64,000 nucleotides of DNA from Schmidtea nova. Lineage: Eukaryota. The notes under the pieces are model-generated. The model was not told where the DNA came from, did no database searches, and saw only the letters and a list, made by a program, of their open reading frames with translations. Where the stretch lies: assembly GCA_044892505.1 (NCBI GenBank), contig CM097883.1, positions 136,896,001 to 136,960,000 on the forward strand, given 5' to 3'. This document shows positions 1-13,799 of this stretch, piece by piece; within the stretch, counting starts at the first letter, position 1; every line of letters begins with the position of its first letter. Made by a program: the position numbers and the translations under genes.

Positions 1-328
1 AAACATCAAGAGATCCCCAGAAGTACTGTTGTCCTGCGTTTAACGGAAGAGACGTATTTGTAATTTCGGAGACGAATTCAGTTGTGTTTTTAAGATGACA
101 AGGAACCAAAGGCAAAAGTGTTTTTAGGATTTTTGAAAGAACTTTAGAAAGTGTTGTGGAAGGAGTGTCAATTGCGGATAAAAGGACTTTTAAAGGACTT
201 TTGTGGTCTTTAGTCTTTATATATATAATTTTGGAAATAAAATAATAATTATAATATTTATAATTTTTTCTACATAAAATTAAATTAAAATTCTATAAAA
301 CTTATATAATAATAAATTTTCTTTAGAT

Positions 329-1580
329 TTGGTGGGTTGTTGATCGTCAATATGACCTTGACGTTGCTATGGCTCACATCAAAAACTCAACACATAAAAC
401 ATTAGATTAACCATCTTGTTGCCCGTCACAATGTAACGTTGGTAATGCAACAAATGGTCGGGTATTATCAATCGGTGAGCGTCAAAAATTCGAAACTATG
501 ATTGACCGAATATCTCCTGGGTCCAAGGGCTACCGATAGAAGGTTTAATGTCCATTTTGTCTCTTCTTGCATAATTTAATTTCGGATCTCAACTCAAAAT
601 TTGCAAAATTAAAAGCTTTAGCGATTCATATTTACTAATCTGTTTCAGTTGATTTAATTTCACGAAAATGATTATCTTTTTTTATCAATCTTATTCCCAT
701 TACACATTCTACATTCAAACAAAAAAGTATTTCAAACACAAAAGAAAACTTTTAATAATATCACAGCACGACATAAATCACAAAAGAAATATTAACACTT
801 TAGACTACTAGGTCACAATAATGTTATGTCAATGAATTCCGACGATTCCTTACGCAATTGTCCCAACAATCGCGCTTCTTGACGGCGTTTTCGTCGTGCT
901 CTAACCCCTTCACTGGGTTTCCAACATTTAGGTTTTTCAGGAACCGGGGGTTTCAAAATTTCCTCCTCAACCCTCGCTGGAACTATCTCTTGGGTCGGCT
1001 GACTCGATTTAGGGATTACCGCGGATATCATTCCGCTCTCCGTTTGGAGTCTTGAGATCGTTGCTTCCTGCTCTCTGATGGTTACCCGACAAACTCGAAA
1101 CCTCATAGAATCTTCAGCCGCTTGTTGTATTAGCATTTGAACCTAGCTCTTGAGTTTGTCTGTGGTTTCTTTGTTCGACAACGTTGCCTCCATTTCTCAG
1201 AAACGGGCTCGAAACTTCTCGATGCGTGAGATCATTATCTGCAATGCCTCCGCATTTGATGATTTCATCATCTCCAGCTCAGCGAAACACTTGTCGACCT
1301 TGCAATTGTGTTTGATATTCTCGATGGTTATCCGCCAAATCTCCTCTAACTTTTGTTCTGAGTTCATTGCTGAAATTAAGTATAACACCTTCAACACATA
1401 TTTAGGCAACTAATTAACATTAGAAGGTATCGACAAAAAGTTATTTCAACATCCAATTTATTATCAGACTCAAGCAATCGTAGTTTTTCCATTGTCACTC
1501 CTCAATTCGGAAAAACATTACGAGAAAACCTGGGAAACAATCTATCCATTTGCTATCCCTCACTATTTAGCAATTGAAAA
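329..1580. mobile_element. Diverged relative of the giant element's LTR (partial or solo LTR relic)
   Basis: Collinear similarity to LTR 28129-29450: gctaccgatagaagg (~529-543) vs gctgccgatagaagg (~28366-28380), then an AT-rich tract ending aatcacaaaa..aaatatt, then a minus-strand homolog of the LTR ORF. Boundaries approximate. Confidence 0.65.
813..1367 (-). pseudogene. Disabled homolog of the 196-aa LTR-encoded ORF
   Basis: Track ORFs 1197-1409 and 813-1136 are in the same frame, separated by TGA (1197-1199) and TAG (1143-1145). EQKLEEIWRI vs QAELDKAWRI at the N-terminus; GVRARRKRRQEARLLGQLRKESSEFIDIT vs MGARQRRWKKQVLQQLAQQSKEIPEIDLT at the C-terminus. ATG at 1367. Confidence 0.7.
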
Positions 1581-1899
1581 TTTTGATTTAAATAAAATTT
1601 AGTTGCAATACTCGCTTGAATATTAGTCCTAATGTCTATCTTGTCACATATTTTAAGATTTTACAAAAATTTATTATTTTGATTTTTCAAAAATCTGTTG
1701 AGGCATTAGCGACGGTTAACGACTTAAGTTTTCCCAATATGACTAATTTTACCTTTCAAAATTTATCTAAAATTAAAATTTTATACTCTTTTAAATTTCA
1801 AACAAAATTTTATATTAGGAAACACGATCCCCATCGTCCCTCCATTCGAAATATAGGCGTTCCCCGGATAAGAAGGAATACTATATAAAGGGGAAACAA

Positions 1900-4830
1900 A
1901 ATTTCATAAGTTCTGATTGGCTAATCCATAATATGTAAATTTAGTTTCCATAATAAAATTATTGATTTTAAATTATTTTTAGATTTCTGGAATTCTTTTT
2001 CTACTGGTTGTTTCTAAGTAAACTGATTTTATGTTGTTACTGTATATCTAATAATTTTAGCCAAAGGGTCAAATTCAGACTCCTTGATGAAAACTCTCAG
2101 TGGAACTGATGAAAACGACAATCTGATTTTTTTCCTACCTGATATAATAGAGGTAATTTTCTTGTTACCAACAAACGCAGTAAATATGTAAATTTCTCCA
2201 GATTTTAAATTCGTTCTATTATGAATTGTCAGTCAGCTTGACTTCCACTTCGAGGGTTCAACATTCTCTCTGGATAGTTTGAGGAGGGAAGGTTTACTAT
2301 CGCATTTTCCATACAGCTTATATTCAATCTCGTTGGATCATTCATTTCGTCAGTATCTGGATGTCGCTAAAATCTCAACTTATGGAATTTATCCTATTTG
2401 TGATGTGGCATTTTCCTAGCCAGGTTTCGTCGAAACTGTTGTAAGTGAATGTAGTCGAAATGTTTTATTTTTGTAAATAGAATTTTCTGTTAGTTGGATT
2501 TTTCTAAGTCAATAACTTTTTGATATAATATTTTGTCTGGACTTAATTAATATTAATACAAATAGGGAGTGATGTTTTTAGGAGTTGCAGTATGGTGAAT
2601 TAATGCTCGAAGCTCAAAATAGTATAAAAATCACAAAAGTAACAAGAAATATCAAAATAAATTAAAATTTATCAAAAGTTTAAAATTAATATTCACTGGG
2701 GGAAATGGGTATGGTTGAATACCAAATCAAAAGACGAACCTAAAAATAATAATAGAAATTTAATAAGGGGTCCCCAGAGAAAGTTATTTAATAAAAACAA
2801 ACTAATAAAAATTAATAAATCGCTCAATGGGAAACCCGAGACAATGGGAAGCCCGAGGTAATGGGAAACCCGAGCGATGAGAAAAGCCCGAGCGCAAAGA
2901 GACCCGAGAGATCAAAGTCGGGGCAATTAGGAAAAATCCATCCGAGGATAATTAAAATTATTTGTCAGCAAAACAATTAAACCGAGATTGGTTAACTTTT
3001 AGATATCTATTAAACCTAATTGCTATTTGCGAGAACTATAAAAGGCAGCGCAAAACAGAGGACGGGGCCGACGAGTTGATAGTTAAAAAAGAGAGTATTA
3101 AAAAGATTCGAAAACAAATAAAGAAAGATCCCGAAGAAACCAAACAGACAAAGTGAGAAAGTAATACTTTTAACTAAAGAGTCAAATCCGAATCCAAAAG
3201 AAAGCGTAAATTGATCAAAAGTGTATATAACAAAAATTGTAATTTGTGTTGATCGTGAAATAAAAATTTGTTCTGTGCTGGGTTCATTGATTTCGAAAAT
3301 TAAAGAGCACGAGGAGTCAGGTCAGTAAACCGATGTTAACAGAATAATGATCCAGCAATAATATTATAATAGGAAATTTTAAATAATGGGTGTGATTGTA
3401 CGAATACTTGTGGAGGTTGTCTGGTTGTGTGGTTGCCTGTGATGAAGTGTTGAGTTGAAATAAATGATTTGATGAAAGGGATAGATTGAGTGCTTGTGGA
3501 AATTTCTGGATGCATGATGCAGAAAGACATCGTTAAGTAAATTTCTTATGTGAATTTCTGGGTGTGTGATACTAAGGAATCGGTTTTGAGCATTATTTTG
3601 AACGATTTTTATAGTATCGACATTTATTCGACTTGTAGATTTTGACAAAATGACAATTGTTGTGAGAGTGAAGAAGGATAACGAGTTGGAACTTTTTATT
3701 AAAATCGATTCTGATAGATTAAAGACGATTGTTGGATGGAGAAACGACATGTGTTATCGAGCTATCATTTTTGCCTTTCATTTTTATCTTATATAATATA
3801 ATTCAGATATACTACAATATTATAGTTAAAATCATTAGTATAAACACTCTTGCCCATGGCCAAGCCAATGTTCTCCAGTTGGGATGAAGTGAGCATGGAT
3901 GTTTGGGCGTCCCCTTGAGGCGGAAAATGGGCTGGTCGATTACAAATTGAACAGCAATCCGCCCAGGCTACTTCCATCTGTACAGCACAAAGCCGGATGA
4001 ATGTCAGATTGTCTGGGAGTTAAAAGAATTATTATTATTTTATAAATGTGGTATATAGATTGATAAAAATTGTTTTGCTTTAGTTAGGGGAATTTGTGAC
4101 ATTATAAAAAATAATAATAATAAAAATATTAAAAATAAAAAATAAAAAATCATATAAAATGTAAAATCTAATATTTTCATTTAAATTTATGGTTCTACAT
4201 AATAATGAATAATATACTCAAAAATAAATAAGTAAATAAATAAACCGAATAAGAGTGTTATCGGGCATAGGATGTCCAAAGGGCATGACTTTTTGGACCT
4301 CCAATGTTGATAAAGAAACGATAAAACTACTAATAAAAAAATCAAAACCCTCACATAGCAATATGGCTTCCGGACGTTAACTGGTCAAGTGAGTACTTCC
4401 TTGAAAGAGGTTCTGAATAGTCTTCTGAGACCATAACCTTTTCAAAGGAAGACCAATCTTCTTCGGCAGAGTTCAATGGTTTCTCAAATCTATATTTCCA
4501 AATCTTTTCTACGAATTCTGTTTCTTCAAATTCTTCGCCAAAAACCAAAATAAAACGAATTCTGTTTCTGCAATTCTTCGCCAAAAATTAAAATAAAGAA
4601 AAATAAATTTTTATAAAGTCGTACGCAAAAATTCTGATTCTTGCCTTTTTGATGGCGGTATATATACCTCCTTCTGTGTGTTACCTTCATTGATGTATTA
4701 AAACAAATTGCTCTAGAAGGAGTTTCTAATTTTCTCGAAATTAATTCCAACAATTTTCCGCAAAATTAACTTAATAATTTTACATCAAATTTTCATAAAA
4801 CTTTAAATAATTTCTTTTTAATCCAAAATT
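1900..4830 (-). repeat. Copy A (interrupted) of a ~3 kb LTR-like interspersed repeat
   Basis: Reverse complement shares blocks with 7460-10450 and 55909-59100, e.g. cacttcatcccaactgg..ttggcc (3858-3892 vs 8530-8570) and catccagaaatttccacaagcac (~3490-3515 vs ~58210). Boundaries approximate. Confidence 0.5.
2640..2960 (+). repeat. Interspersed repeat fragment with GGGGTCCCC motif and aatgggaaacccgag triplet
   Basis: Related in reverse orientation to ~18480-18840 and more weakly ~23320-23420. ggggtcccc at 2767-2775; three aatgggaa(a/g)cccgag units at ~2826-2875. Confidence 0.5.
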
Positions 4831-4844
4831 TTACTTTTGAATTA

Positions 4845-5870
4845 AAGTTGTTGTGTTCTGGGGTTGTTGGTGAAATGGTAAAAAATTACCAATCAAATAT
4901 CTGACTCCAAAGCGTGCCTTTAATTGACCCCAATAACAATTAACACTGGAAACTTTATTGAATATTACAAATATTGTCTTTAACACTGAATTGACCAAAA
5001 TCAACAGACAACAATTGATGATACGGTGCTTATTATGACATGATGGTGAAGAATAGCACTTTGTATAATCTTGGCTCGAACGATCACTCACCACTGAGAG
5101 GTATAACAATTGGTAATTCAGCTGGTTATCTTCTGGATTTGACTTGGATTTACTGGTTGAGTTTTACTCTATTATTAATCGATTATAACGGATTTCACTC
5201 AATTTTCTGTCACGTCCTTTATTTCTGATTTAATATTTCATCGTATTTTCTTCGTATTACTTTCTTAATTTTCTCTTTCAGTTTCCTCTGGCTTCACACA
5301 ATTTTTCAATCTCTCCAATAATTTCCTCGGTATTTTCTCAAATCTTCTCACAAAACTTCTGATTATTATGTTCTGCTCTCGAAACTTCTCTCTCTAATTC
5401 TGTAAAAACTTCCCTCTAAATTTCTCTGAAACTTCTATCTAAACTTCTGATCGCTTCTGATGTGTTTCTCCTTTTATATCTCTTCATTTTGCGGCACTTA
5501 ATATTATCACTTGTTATTCCAATTTTTTCCAAAACAATTTCCCATTCATTTTCTCTGCAACGGAGTTATCTCTGACAGCCGTCAAGATAATCTCTGTTTG
5601 ATTTTTGCCTACGTTATCTCTGACCGGTTGTCGAGATAAAATTCTTGTTGTTGTTTTTTGTTTTTCCTAACTTTAGAATTTCTTCCTGTTTGCACTAATT
5701 AATTAGTGCTGACCTCTATTTCATTTTCCTTGTCTGATTTCTTTTCTTTTGTTTCCCTTCCTCATTTCTCATTCCTTTTTATTCCCGTTTTCTTTCCCAA
5801 GCTCCTATCAATCGTGTCATTCTCCATGACGATTTTACCCCAAGTAATTTTGTTTATTTATTATATTATT
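4845..5870 (+). mobile_element. LTR-like fragment, homologous to 62480-63215 (-)
   Basis: Shares ctgactccaaagcgtgc and ttatctctgaca..gtcaagata blocks, in the same order, with the reverse complement of 62480-63215, which lies directly 5' of a gag relic. Confidence 0.5.
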
Positions 5871-5929
5871 ATATTTCTAATTTAGGTATCCTCAACAAAG
5901 TTTATTCTAATTTGATTTAATTTGTTGCA

Positions 5930-7400
5930 TTTTCGATCAAAATTATTTTCTTTTATATTTTTACGAATTTTTAAGATAAAATCGCAATCTTCCTTCTAAA
6001 AACATGCTAAATTTCCACAACTGAGGTTTTATAACGTAAATGCGTTCTTCACGTGCATATAGAATGTGTTTTCTGCCAATTCTAGCTTTCTAAACGTTCT
6101 TCTTTTAACCACTTTTAGTTTTACTTGGTGTTTTGGTTTAAGAACTTGTAAATTAAAAGCTTGCGCGTTTTCTACTGGTTAATGCGCTTTTGTCACCTTC
6201 AATTTTTTGGTGTGTTTTCACTTAACCAATTTGGTTTTAAATTATGTTTTGGTTAAAATAGAATCTTGCACGCTCTCTGCTTGTGGTGTTACTGCTTCAT
6301 TTAAACAATTTGCAGTTTTGGCCCAACAGGTTTATAATTTTTATATTCTAATTTATGTTTCTAAATTTTACATAATATAATGATATTAGTTTACGAGAAA
6401 ATGTGGCAAAATTAAAATAAGAATTTAAATAGAAAAATTATAATTTCCACAAAATAATAAATAACATATTAGATCATATAATGACACATTACTAATGCAT
6501 GGATAAAGGTTAAAATCAATCAAAATACTTAATGCCGGGTAACAAGGGCATGATCTCGCTAGCCAATATTGTTAGAAAATAAAGTTAAGAGTCTTACAAA
6601 GTGATTCGATGTGCAGCTTTGTGAAGTCAACAATGGCTGTGGTGATCGTTCTTGCTTTAAATGGATGGTCCTAGTTCACCAATTGATGAACTGTTGGATT
6701 TGTAGTCGAAAAGTAAGCAGTTGGCTGCAAGGAATCCTATTCTTGTAAAATTTTTGGGCAAAGTTCTGCTGAGGTAGAACTTTACACTGGTCGGTGGTAA
6801 GAAATTATCTTTTAACATTTTCTTAGTAAAATTATTTCAAATTTTTAGCAAATTCTGGCGATATCGATTTTGATGGCTGTTGAAATAGGATGTTCTGTGT
6901 GTTGTTTTCATTGATGTATTAAAACAAATTGTTCTAGAAGGAATTTTTGACTTTTCGAAAATTCATTTTTACAATTTTAAGCAAAATTGAATTATTATTT
7001 TTGCATAAAATTTTAATAAAACTTTAAATAATTTATTTTGAATCCAAAATTTTACTTTTGAATTAAAAGTTTTAGTTTAATTTGTTAAAATTTTTAAATA
7101 AAACAATTTTCTTTCATATTTTATGAGTTTTTAAGATAAAAATCGAAATTTTACTGTGTGTTTTGTTCATTGATTGTTCTAGGAGGAATTTTCGACTTTT
7201 CAAAAGTTAATTTTAACAATTTTAAGCAAAATTGAATTATTATTTCTGCATAAAATTTTAATAAAACTTTAAAAATTCTTTTCAATCCAAAATATTATTT
7301 TTGAATTAAAGGTTTTTTCTAATTTAGTTTAATTTGTTAAAATTCTATGAGTTTTTAAGATAAAAATTGAAATTTTCTTTCTAAAAATATATTAATTTTT
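5930..7400 (-). repeat. Partial, internally duplicated copies of the TGTTGGG(C)CAAAAAC repeat family
   Basis: Reverse complement at ~6331 reads tgttgggccaaaactgcaaattgttt..agagagcgtgcaag. The ctagaaggaatttt..caattttaagcaaaattgaattattattt block occurs at ~6930 and ~7180. Confidence 0.5.
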
Positions 7401-7459
7401 CCTAGTTTGTTATTTTATTCCATAATTGATGTTTTTATGTTATATATGTGTTTTTCAAG

Positions 7460-10450
7460 TGTTGGGCAAAAACCACAAATTGTTTTAACGGAGCGATAAC
7501 CCCATAGGTAGAGAGCGCGCAAGATTCAGTTTTAACCCAAAAATCCATTAAAAATCCAAGCAATTAAGTGAAAAACAACAAAAGGTGAAGTGAACTCACA
7601 ACACATCAACCAGTAGAGAACGCGCTAGCTGTGAGTCTGAGAGCTCTTACATTGAAACCTCGAGAAAAATCAAATACCATCAAAAGAAGAACGTTTAAAA
7701 GTTAGAATAAGGCGGAAAACCCATTGAAAATACCCATAAACAACGGAATTGTGTTATAAAACCTTCATGCAGAAAAAATTAACAGAATTTTAGCCGAAAA
7801 TTGTGATTTTAGCAAAATATTTCACATTAACAATAAAAAGAATTAATATTGATTGAAATATCGTAAATTAAATTAAATCGAACAAATTTCGATTCAAAAA
7901 TAAAAATTTTGGATTAAAATAAATTATTTGTGTTTTGTAAAAAATTATTACACAAAAATATGGATTTAATTTTCGGAAAATCATTAGAATTAATTTAGAA
8001 AAAATTAAATGGAAAATTCTAGAACAATTTGTTTTATTACACTGGTGAAGGTGACGAAAATCGACGGTATATATACCGCCATCAAAATGGAATCTATTCA
8101 GAATTTGTGAAAAAAATTTTTTTTAAATTTTATGCAAGAAGACTTCTAAATTTTTTCGTAAGTCTTATTCTTTTGTTGGCGCGGGGTCATCGAACACCAT
8201 GCCTGTTCGATTACCCCGTACCGGTAATGTTTTTATAATTTTTATATTATTATTATTATGCTATCTTTATTGAATATTAAAATGTTTACTTTTAATTTTT
8301 TAATTTTTGTTTGTCGCAAATTGCCGTTTAAAGTCACAATAATATATATTATAAAGAGAATAAATAAATAAAAAATATTAATTTTTTTTTTACTTCCTTA
8401 CCCCCTGAAGCCTGTGTCTGGCCTTGTGCCGATCGGGTGGAAGTAGCCTGAGCGGATCGCTGGTTCGATACGTAAATCGATCAGTCCATTTTTTCCGAAT
8501 TCAGGTGATCAGCCTAACCATCCAAGATCACTTCATCCCAACTGGGGAACAGTGGCTTGGCCCAAGGCAAGGTGTTATACTAATGATATGTATTTATAAT
8601 AAATGTAGCTTATCCGAATTTATAATTTTAATATATTGAAAATTAATACTACATGAAAACGTGAAGACAAATCTATCCAGTAACGTCTTTTCCATTAGGA
8701 AAATTAATTGTACAAGGACGGTTTACTCGTCGTCGCCTTCACTCTCGCAACATCTATCATCTTATCCGAAAGCGCAAGTCAATGGAAGCTAATGTTGGAA
8801 AAAGAATCACATGAAATAATGCTCGAAACTGATATAATGATTTCGAAATGAAATGAATTATTAGGACAAGTGTTGATGATCTGAATTAAACCCCGTTTAT
8901 TATATAAATAATTTTTCTCTAGTAAATCTTGTTTTCGGGAGCCTGAAGTTCCTAAGTGAAGTGTCCCGAAAATTTCGCGCGCACTTTGATTGGGAAATTC
9001 ATGCTCGGACGAAACCGAGATTTACTTTACTCGATGTTGGAAATATTCGTTGAAAAATTTATAACTTATTTTTATTTTATTTTTATTTAGCATATAAAAT
9101 TTTTTAGATTAAATGCTTATTTAGATTTCGAAATTTATGGATGAAAAATTTATTATTATGTGAATTTCGTTTCGATCAAAAAATAAAAATTTACTTTTTA
9201 TTATATTGGAAAATTTTTATAATGAATAATTGTGAACCAAAAATTCTCCGAATATTGTTATGATATAAAAGATTTTGTCATTTTATAAAATTCCTAAGAA
9301 TTTATAAATCAAAACTTATATTGAAACCCATAAAAATTTTAAATCGAAAATATTATTAGTATATTGAAAATTTTATCATTTCAAAAAATCCAAAATTTCA
9401 AAATTCTATAGGAAAAATTTTTTTTACTATATATATATATATACTTAAAATATAAAAATTCGAATATAAAAATTCATATTATAAAAATTAGAAATGGTAT
9501 TATTATATTATTAAAATTATAAAAAGCATTATAAAAATTTATAATATAAAAATTAGGAATTTTATTATTGTATTATTTTCATAAAATTATAAAACTAAAA
9601 TTTATAAAAAGTATTATAAAAATTTATAATATAAAAATTGGAAATTTTATTATTATATTACTTCATAAAAATTATAAATCTAAAATTTATAAAAAGTATT
9701 ATTATTATTATTATTTTAATATAAAAATTATTATTATTATTTTAATTTTAAAAATATTTTATATAATTTATATATATATTATAAATACCCCCACGATATC
9801 TCAAAAATCATAATGCATCCCTATTTGCAAAAAATTACATCCATTTCATTCAATAACATTTCCCATACTAATACACAGGCAACATATATTTAGAATACAA
9901 TATACACACATACACAGTACCATTTATTAGCATTCAATAGTTATATACACACAAGCAAACCATACTGAAAATTCTACACAGTTATGTTAGTCGGCAACAT
10001 ACATCCAGAAAAACCATACAAAAATTTCTATCATTCAAACCTACCATATAAAATTGAATATACCCAGCCAAATAGGCCATTTACATTACAGTTTATTTTT
10101 AATTTACAAAAATTTCATAAAAATAATAAAAACTCAAACGAAAAAGAATAAAGACGAAAAAAAATTTTTATCTAAAGATTTATTGAAAAAAATTCAGTTT
10201 GAGGGATAAGAGTCCCCGGCAAGGATTTTTCCGGTTTGTAGTACTTGAAGGGCCAGTTCCAACATATTCTCTTCAAGAAATTTTCTAAAATTGATCAAAA
10301 TAAATTATAATTCTGAAATAATCAAAATTTTACTTGGTTGGTAGAGCGGGCTATTTTGCTTCGTAGAAGCTCGAGATCTAATTGGATTGACCCGTTTGGG
10401 GTGGGAGAATTTTCCTCTGGCTTCGTAGTTTCTGGAGAGGTCCATTTCTT
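7460..10450 (+). repeat. Copy B of ~3 kb LTR-like repeat beginning TGTTGGGCAAAAAC
   Basis: Starts tgttgggcaaaaac..gtagagagcgcgcaag and is collinear with 55909-59100, e.g. cacgatatc.caaaa.tcataat.catcc at ~9793 and ~58004. Right boundary uncertain. Confidence 0.55.
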
Positions 10451-10884
10451 GTTGATCTGAACTATAGAAATCGTTAATTAATCAATTTAGCGAAAAATTC
10501 AGAAAATTACATTTAAAATTAATATAATTTTTAAATTGAGTAAATTTGTCCTTTTGATTAAATTAGCAATTTTAAACAAACGGAAATTTTATTTTTATTA
10601 TTTCTAAACTCGATAAAATTACGGTAATAATTAAAATTTTTCTTAAATTTCAAATGCAGATTAAAATTTTTCTATAAAAATATAATATTTTATGTATTAA
10701 TTATCATAAAGTGCAATATTGGTAAAATATAGGGTTATATTAGTGTTTTTGATGCTCGGAATAATTTATTTGGATGCAATAAGGAATTTATAGTTATATA
10801 GAGTGTTTATGTTGAATTTCCGATAAAATTTTGTTGAATGCTTATAGATAAATCGTCGAAGAAGGGACAAAAACGGGCAATAAA

Positions 10885-11101
10885 CCTTCTATCGGTAGCC
10901 CTTGGACCCAGGAGATATTCGGTCAATCATAGTTTCGTATTGACGACGCTCACTGATTGCGAATACCCACCCACTTGTTACAGTACCAACGTTACATAGT
11001 GACGGGTAACAAGATGGTAATTTCAATGTTTTATGTGTTGAGTTGTTGATGGGAGCCATAGCAACGTCAAGGTCATATTGACGATCAACGACCCACCACA
11101 A
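10885..11101 (-). repeat. Inverted second copy of the 330-545 LTR-derived segment
   Basis: WWVVDRQYDLDVAMA...ETMIDRISPGSKGYR is encoded both here and at ~329-540 (+). Confidence 0.75.
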
Positions 11102-11786
11102 GTGTGTATTTGATGCGCTTTTGTTTGTTTTAATTTTTAAACGTGTTTTATATAATTATTAGGGGTTTTGTGATTACTGTGTTTTACTTGATGTTTTAGC
11201 TCATAGAATTTTAAATTTAATTTTTGCGCGCTCTCTACGTGCTATGGTACCACTTTATTCAAACAACTCTCAGTTTTTGCCTCACAAAAAAAGAAAATAC
11301 GTTAAAAGGATAAAAAGTCTCATAAAAAGTCTCTTGAAAAAAATCATTAAAAAGTAAAGATTTACCTTTAACGAAAACAATCATTATTTATGTTCTGATA
11401 TTGAATTAAACACAATGTGTTTCTGTTTGACAGAACATTTTTAATGACAACTGAAAACAAGATTTAGTTGACATAATTTCATATGATTAAATGATTATGT
11501 CAAAGCATACAAGTAAATATTAGCAATGAAATTTCAAATATTTATGAATATTTTTCTTTTTGAGTAATTTTCTTTTTTAAATTTTTGCTCTACATTATTA
11601 TGATTATTTAAAATGTTTATAGTATTTTTCAATACAAATTAGTTTTAATAATCATAATTTATTAGTTCATTATTTAAATAATAATTAAAACTTGAATTAA
11701 AACCTCAAATTTGAAAAATAAAATTTTAGGAAGTTATTATTATTGTATTTTTGCTGATAAAGTACCATTTTTTCGGTTTAGTTAAT

Positions 11787-12686
11787 ATGAATCAAGAGAA
11801 CAAAATATCTGCCAGTCAAATAATTATTCAAAACAAATTTGAAGAACTTAATATACATGAAAACATTAAGAAAGCCCTCAAAGACATGAATATGATTAAA
11901 ATGACTCCAATCCAAAGTAACTGTATTCCACACCTTTTAGAGGGTAAGGACGTAATGGCCGCTGCTAAAACAGGTAGTGGGAAAACATTGGCTTTCCTAG
12001 TGCCGTTGGTGAATAAAATACTTAACAGTGACTTTGAACCAAGACACGGAACCGTAGCAATAATAATGTCTCCAACACGAGAATTGAGTCTCCAAATATT
12101 TGAAGTCCTCCGAAAACTCGTTGTGTACACAGATCTAAAGATTGACCTTATCATCGGAGGTAGTAATCGTAAAAATCAAGTTAAATGTCTCCAAAGTCGA
12201 GTTGCAATTCTTGTAGCAACTCCCGGGCGATTACTCGATCATTTAAACAACACAGAATATTTTCTAACACATCGACTACAAACGTTAATTATCGACGAAG
12301 CCGACAGATTGATGGAGCAAGGATTTCTCGATGACATGAAAGCAATCATTGGTAAATTACCGAAAAAACGCCAAACCGTTCTGTTTTCTGCTACTTTGAA
12401 AATGAATTCAGCAAAGATGAAAATGAAAAATTTCGAAATAGAGAAAAACGATACAAAGAAAGTTTCATTGGATGAGAAAGTTTTAACTCTTGCTTGTCTA
12501 AGTATGAAAAAAAGCTGTATGTGTATCGATATGAGCAAGGTCAATCTGGAAACCGATGTAGCGGACCCGAATGGCAACGGGGACATCGCAACTGTGTCAC
12601 AGCTGAGCCAGGGGTATATGGTCTGCAAACCGTCAGATCGGTTCCGCCTTTTGTATTCGTTTCTCAAGAAATGTCAAAAGAAAAAA
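11787..12686 (+). CDS. DDX18: DEAD-box RNA helicase DDX18/HAS1-like, coding exon 1 (300 codons)
   Basis: Q motif (MTPIQ), AKTGSGKT, SPTRELS, TPGRLLDH, DEAD, SAT. GT donor at 12687 after ..KKK, phase 0. Confidence 0.9.
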
Positions 12687-13053
12687 GTAAATATCTTTTG
12701 TATTTATATTTATATTTTCACAAATTTAATGAGATATCCAATCACAAATTGGCATTTCTTTTTATGATTTATTGATTAATATGATAAACAATTTGACTAC
12801 TTAATTGGCTGTTCCTTCTGGCACAGGCCTTCAAACCGAGTTTTGAACCATAAATATATCTCATCATTTTAACATTCCTTTTCATATATAAGCAGAAAAC
12901 TATTTGAGTTATTATTGATGTTATCATTTACATCTTTAATTTTCTTCACAATTTATCTCTTTATTTTTATATAGATTAAATGCAAAATTAAAAATTCATT
13001 TGTAAAACTTTGTATATTTTGTGATAATTGAATTAGTTGACCCTTCTCTCGTT

Positions 13054-13799
13054 ACAAAATGTTCCCTTTAATATACCGTGAGTGTTGGGTAAATAATTCA
13101 TGTTTTACACTGCTTATTGCATGCGTTACAGCGATGAAATGCGATAATTGTGTAATATTGCCTATAATTGTATTATTCATGATTTAGCATAGTTTATCCA
13201 TAGTAGATTTAGAAATGAGAGACAACGCATTATAGGGTAGCGCAAAGGGAAGTTATAGTATAAGAAATTGAACCTCACCTTATTAGCTTATTAACTAGGA
13301 ATATTTGACTTCTCGTAACGGATTGGAAATCGAATAATTGAATCAGCATAAAGTATACAATAATATAAAAGGATTTATAATAATGAAACCCGTGAAAATA
13401 ATATTTCGAAGCATTTACCTGTGAGATTTGAAACGCATGAAAATATAACTAAGAAATCTGCTTGATGTGACCTTTGTTGTTGATTTCCTTTGCCTAATTA
13501 TCCATGCTTTATAATTTGAGCTGCAGATTCCAATTGGAGCAGCTTTATAGAAAATTTACTTTTCCTAAAACCCTTACAGAAAATGTTTCAAGTGACAAAA
13601 TGTTCCCCTTCAATATAACGCGAATGTTGGGTAAATAATTCATGTTTCACACGATACATACAATAATTGCTTGATATTGTCTATAATTGTAATATTCATA
13701 ATTTATCAGATTTTATCCATAGTAGATTTAGATATGAGAGACAACGCATTATAGGGTAACGCAAAGGGAAGTTATAGTATAAGAAATCAAACCTCACCC
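13054..13799. repeat. Diverged direct duplication of ~220 bp in the DDX18 intron (13054-13279 and 13595-13799)
   Basis: Both copies run acaaaatgttccc..gttgggtaaataattcatgttt..gagacaacgcattatagggta.cgcaaagggaagttatagtataagaaat..aacctcacc. Confidence 0.8.

Noticed and set aside
1143-1199. Alternative genetic code or stop readthrough suggested by in-frame stops
   Set aside because: The host genes and the long element ORFs are open under the standard code; these stops are ordinary decay.
9568-9813. 81-aa ORF and similar I/K/Y/F-rich ORFs (22457, 23425, 56716, 58197)
   Set aside because: Low-complexity AT-rich sequence translated by chance.
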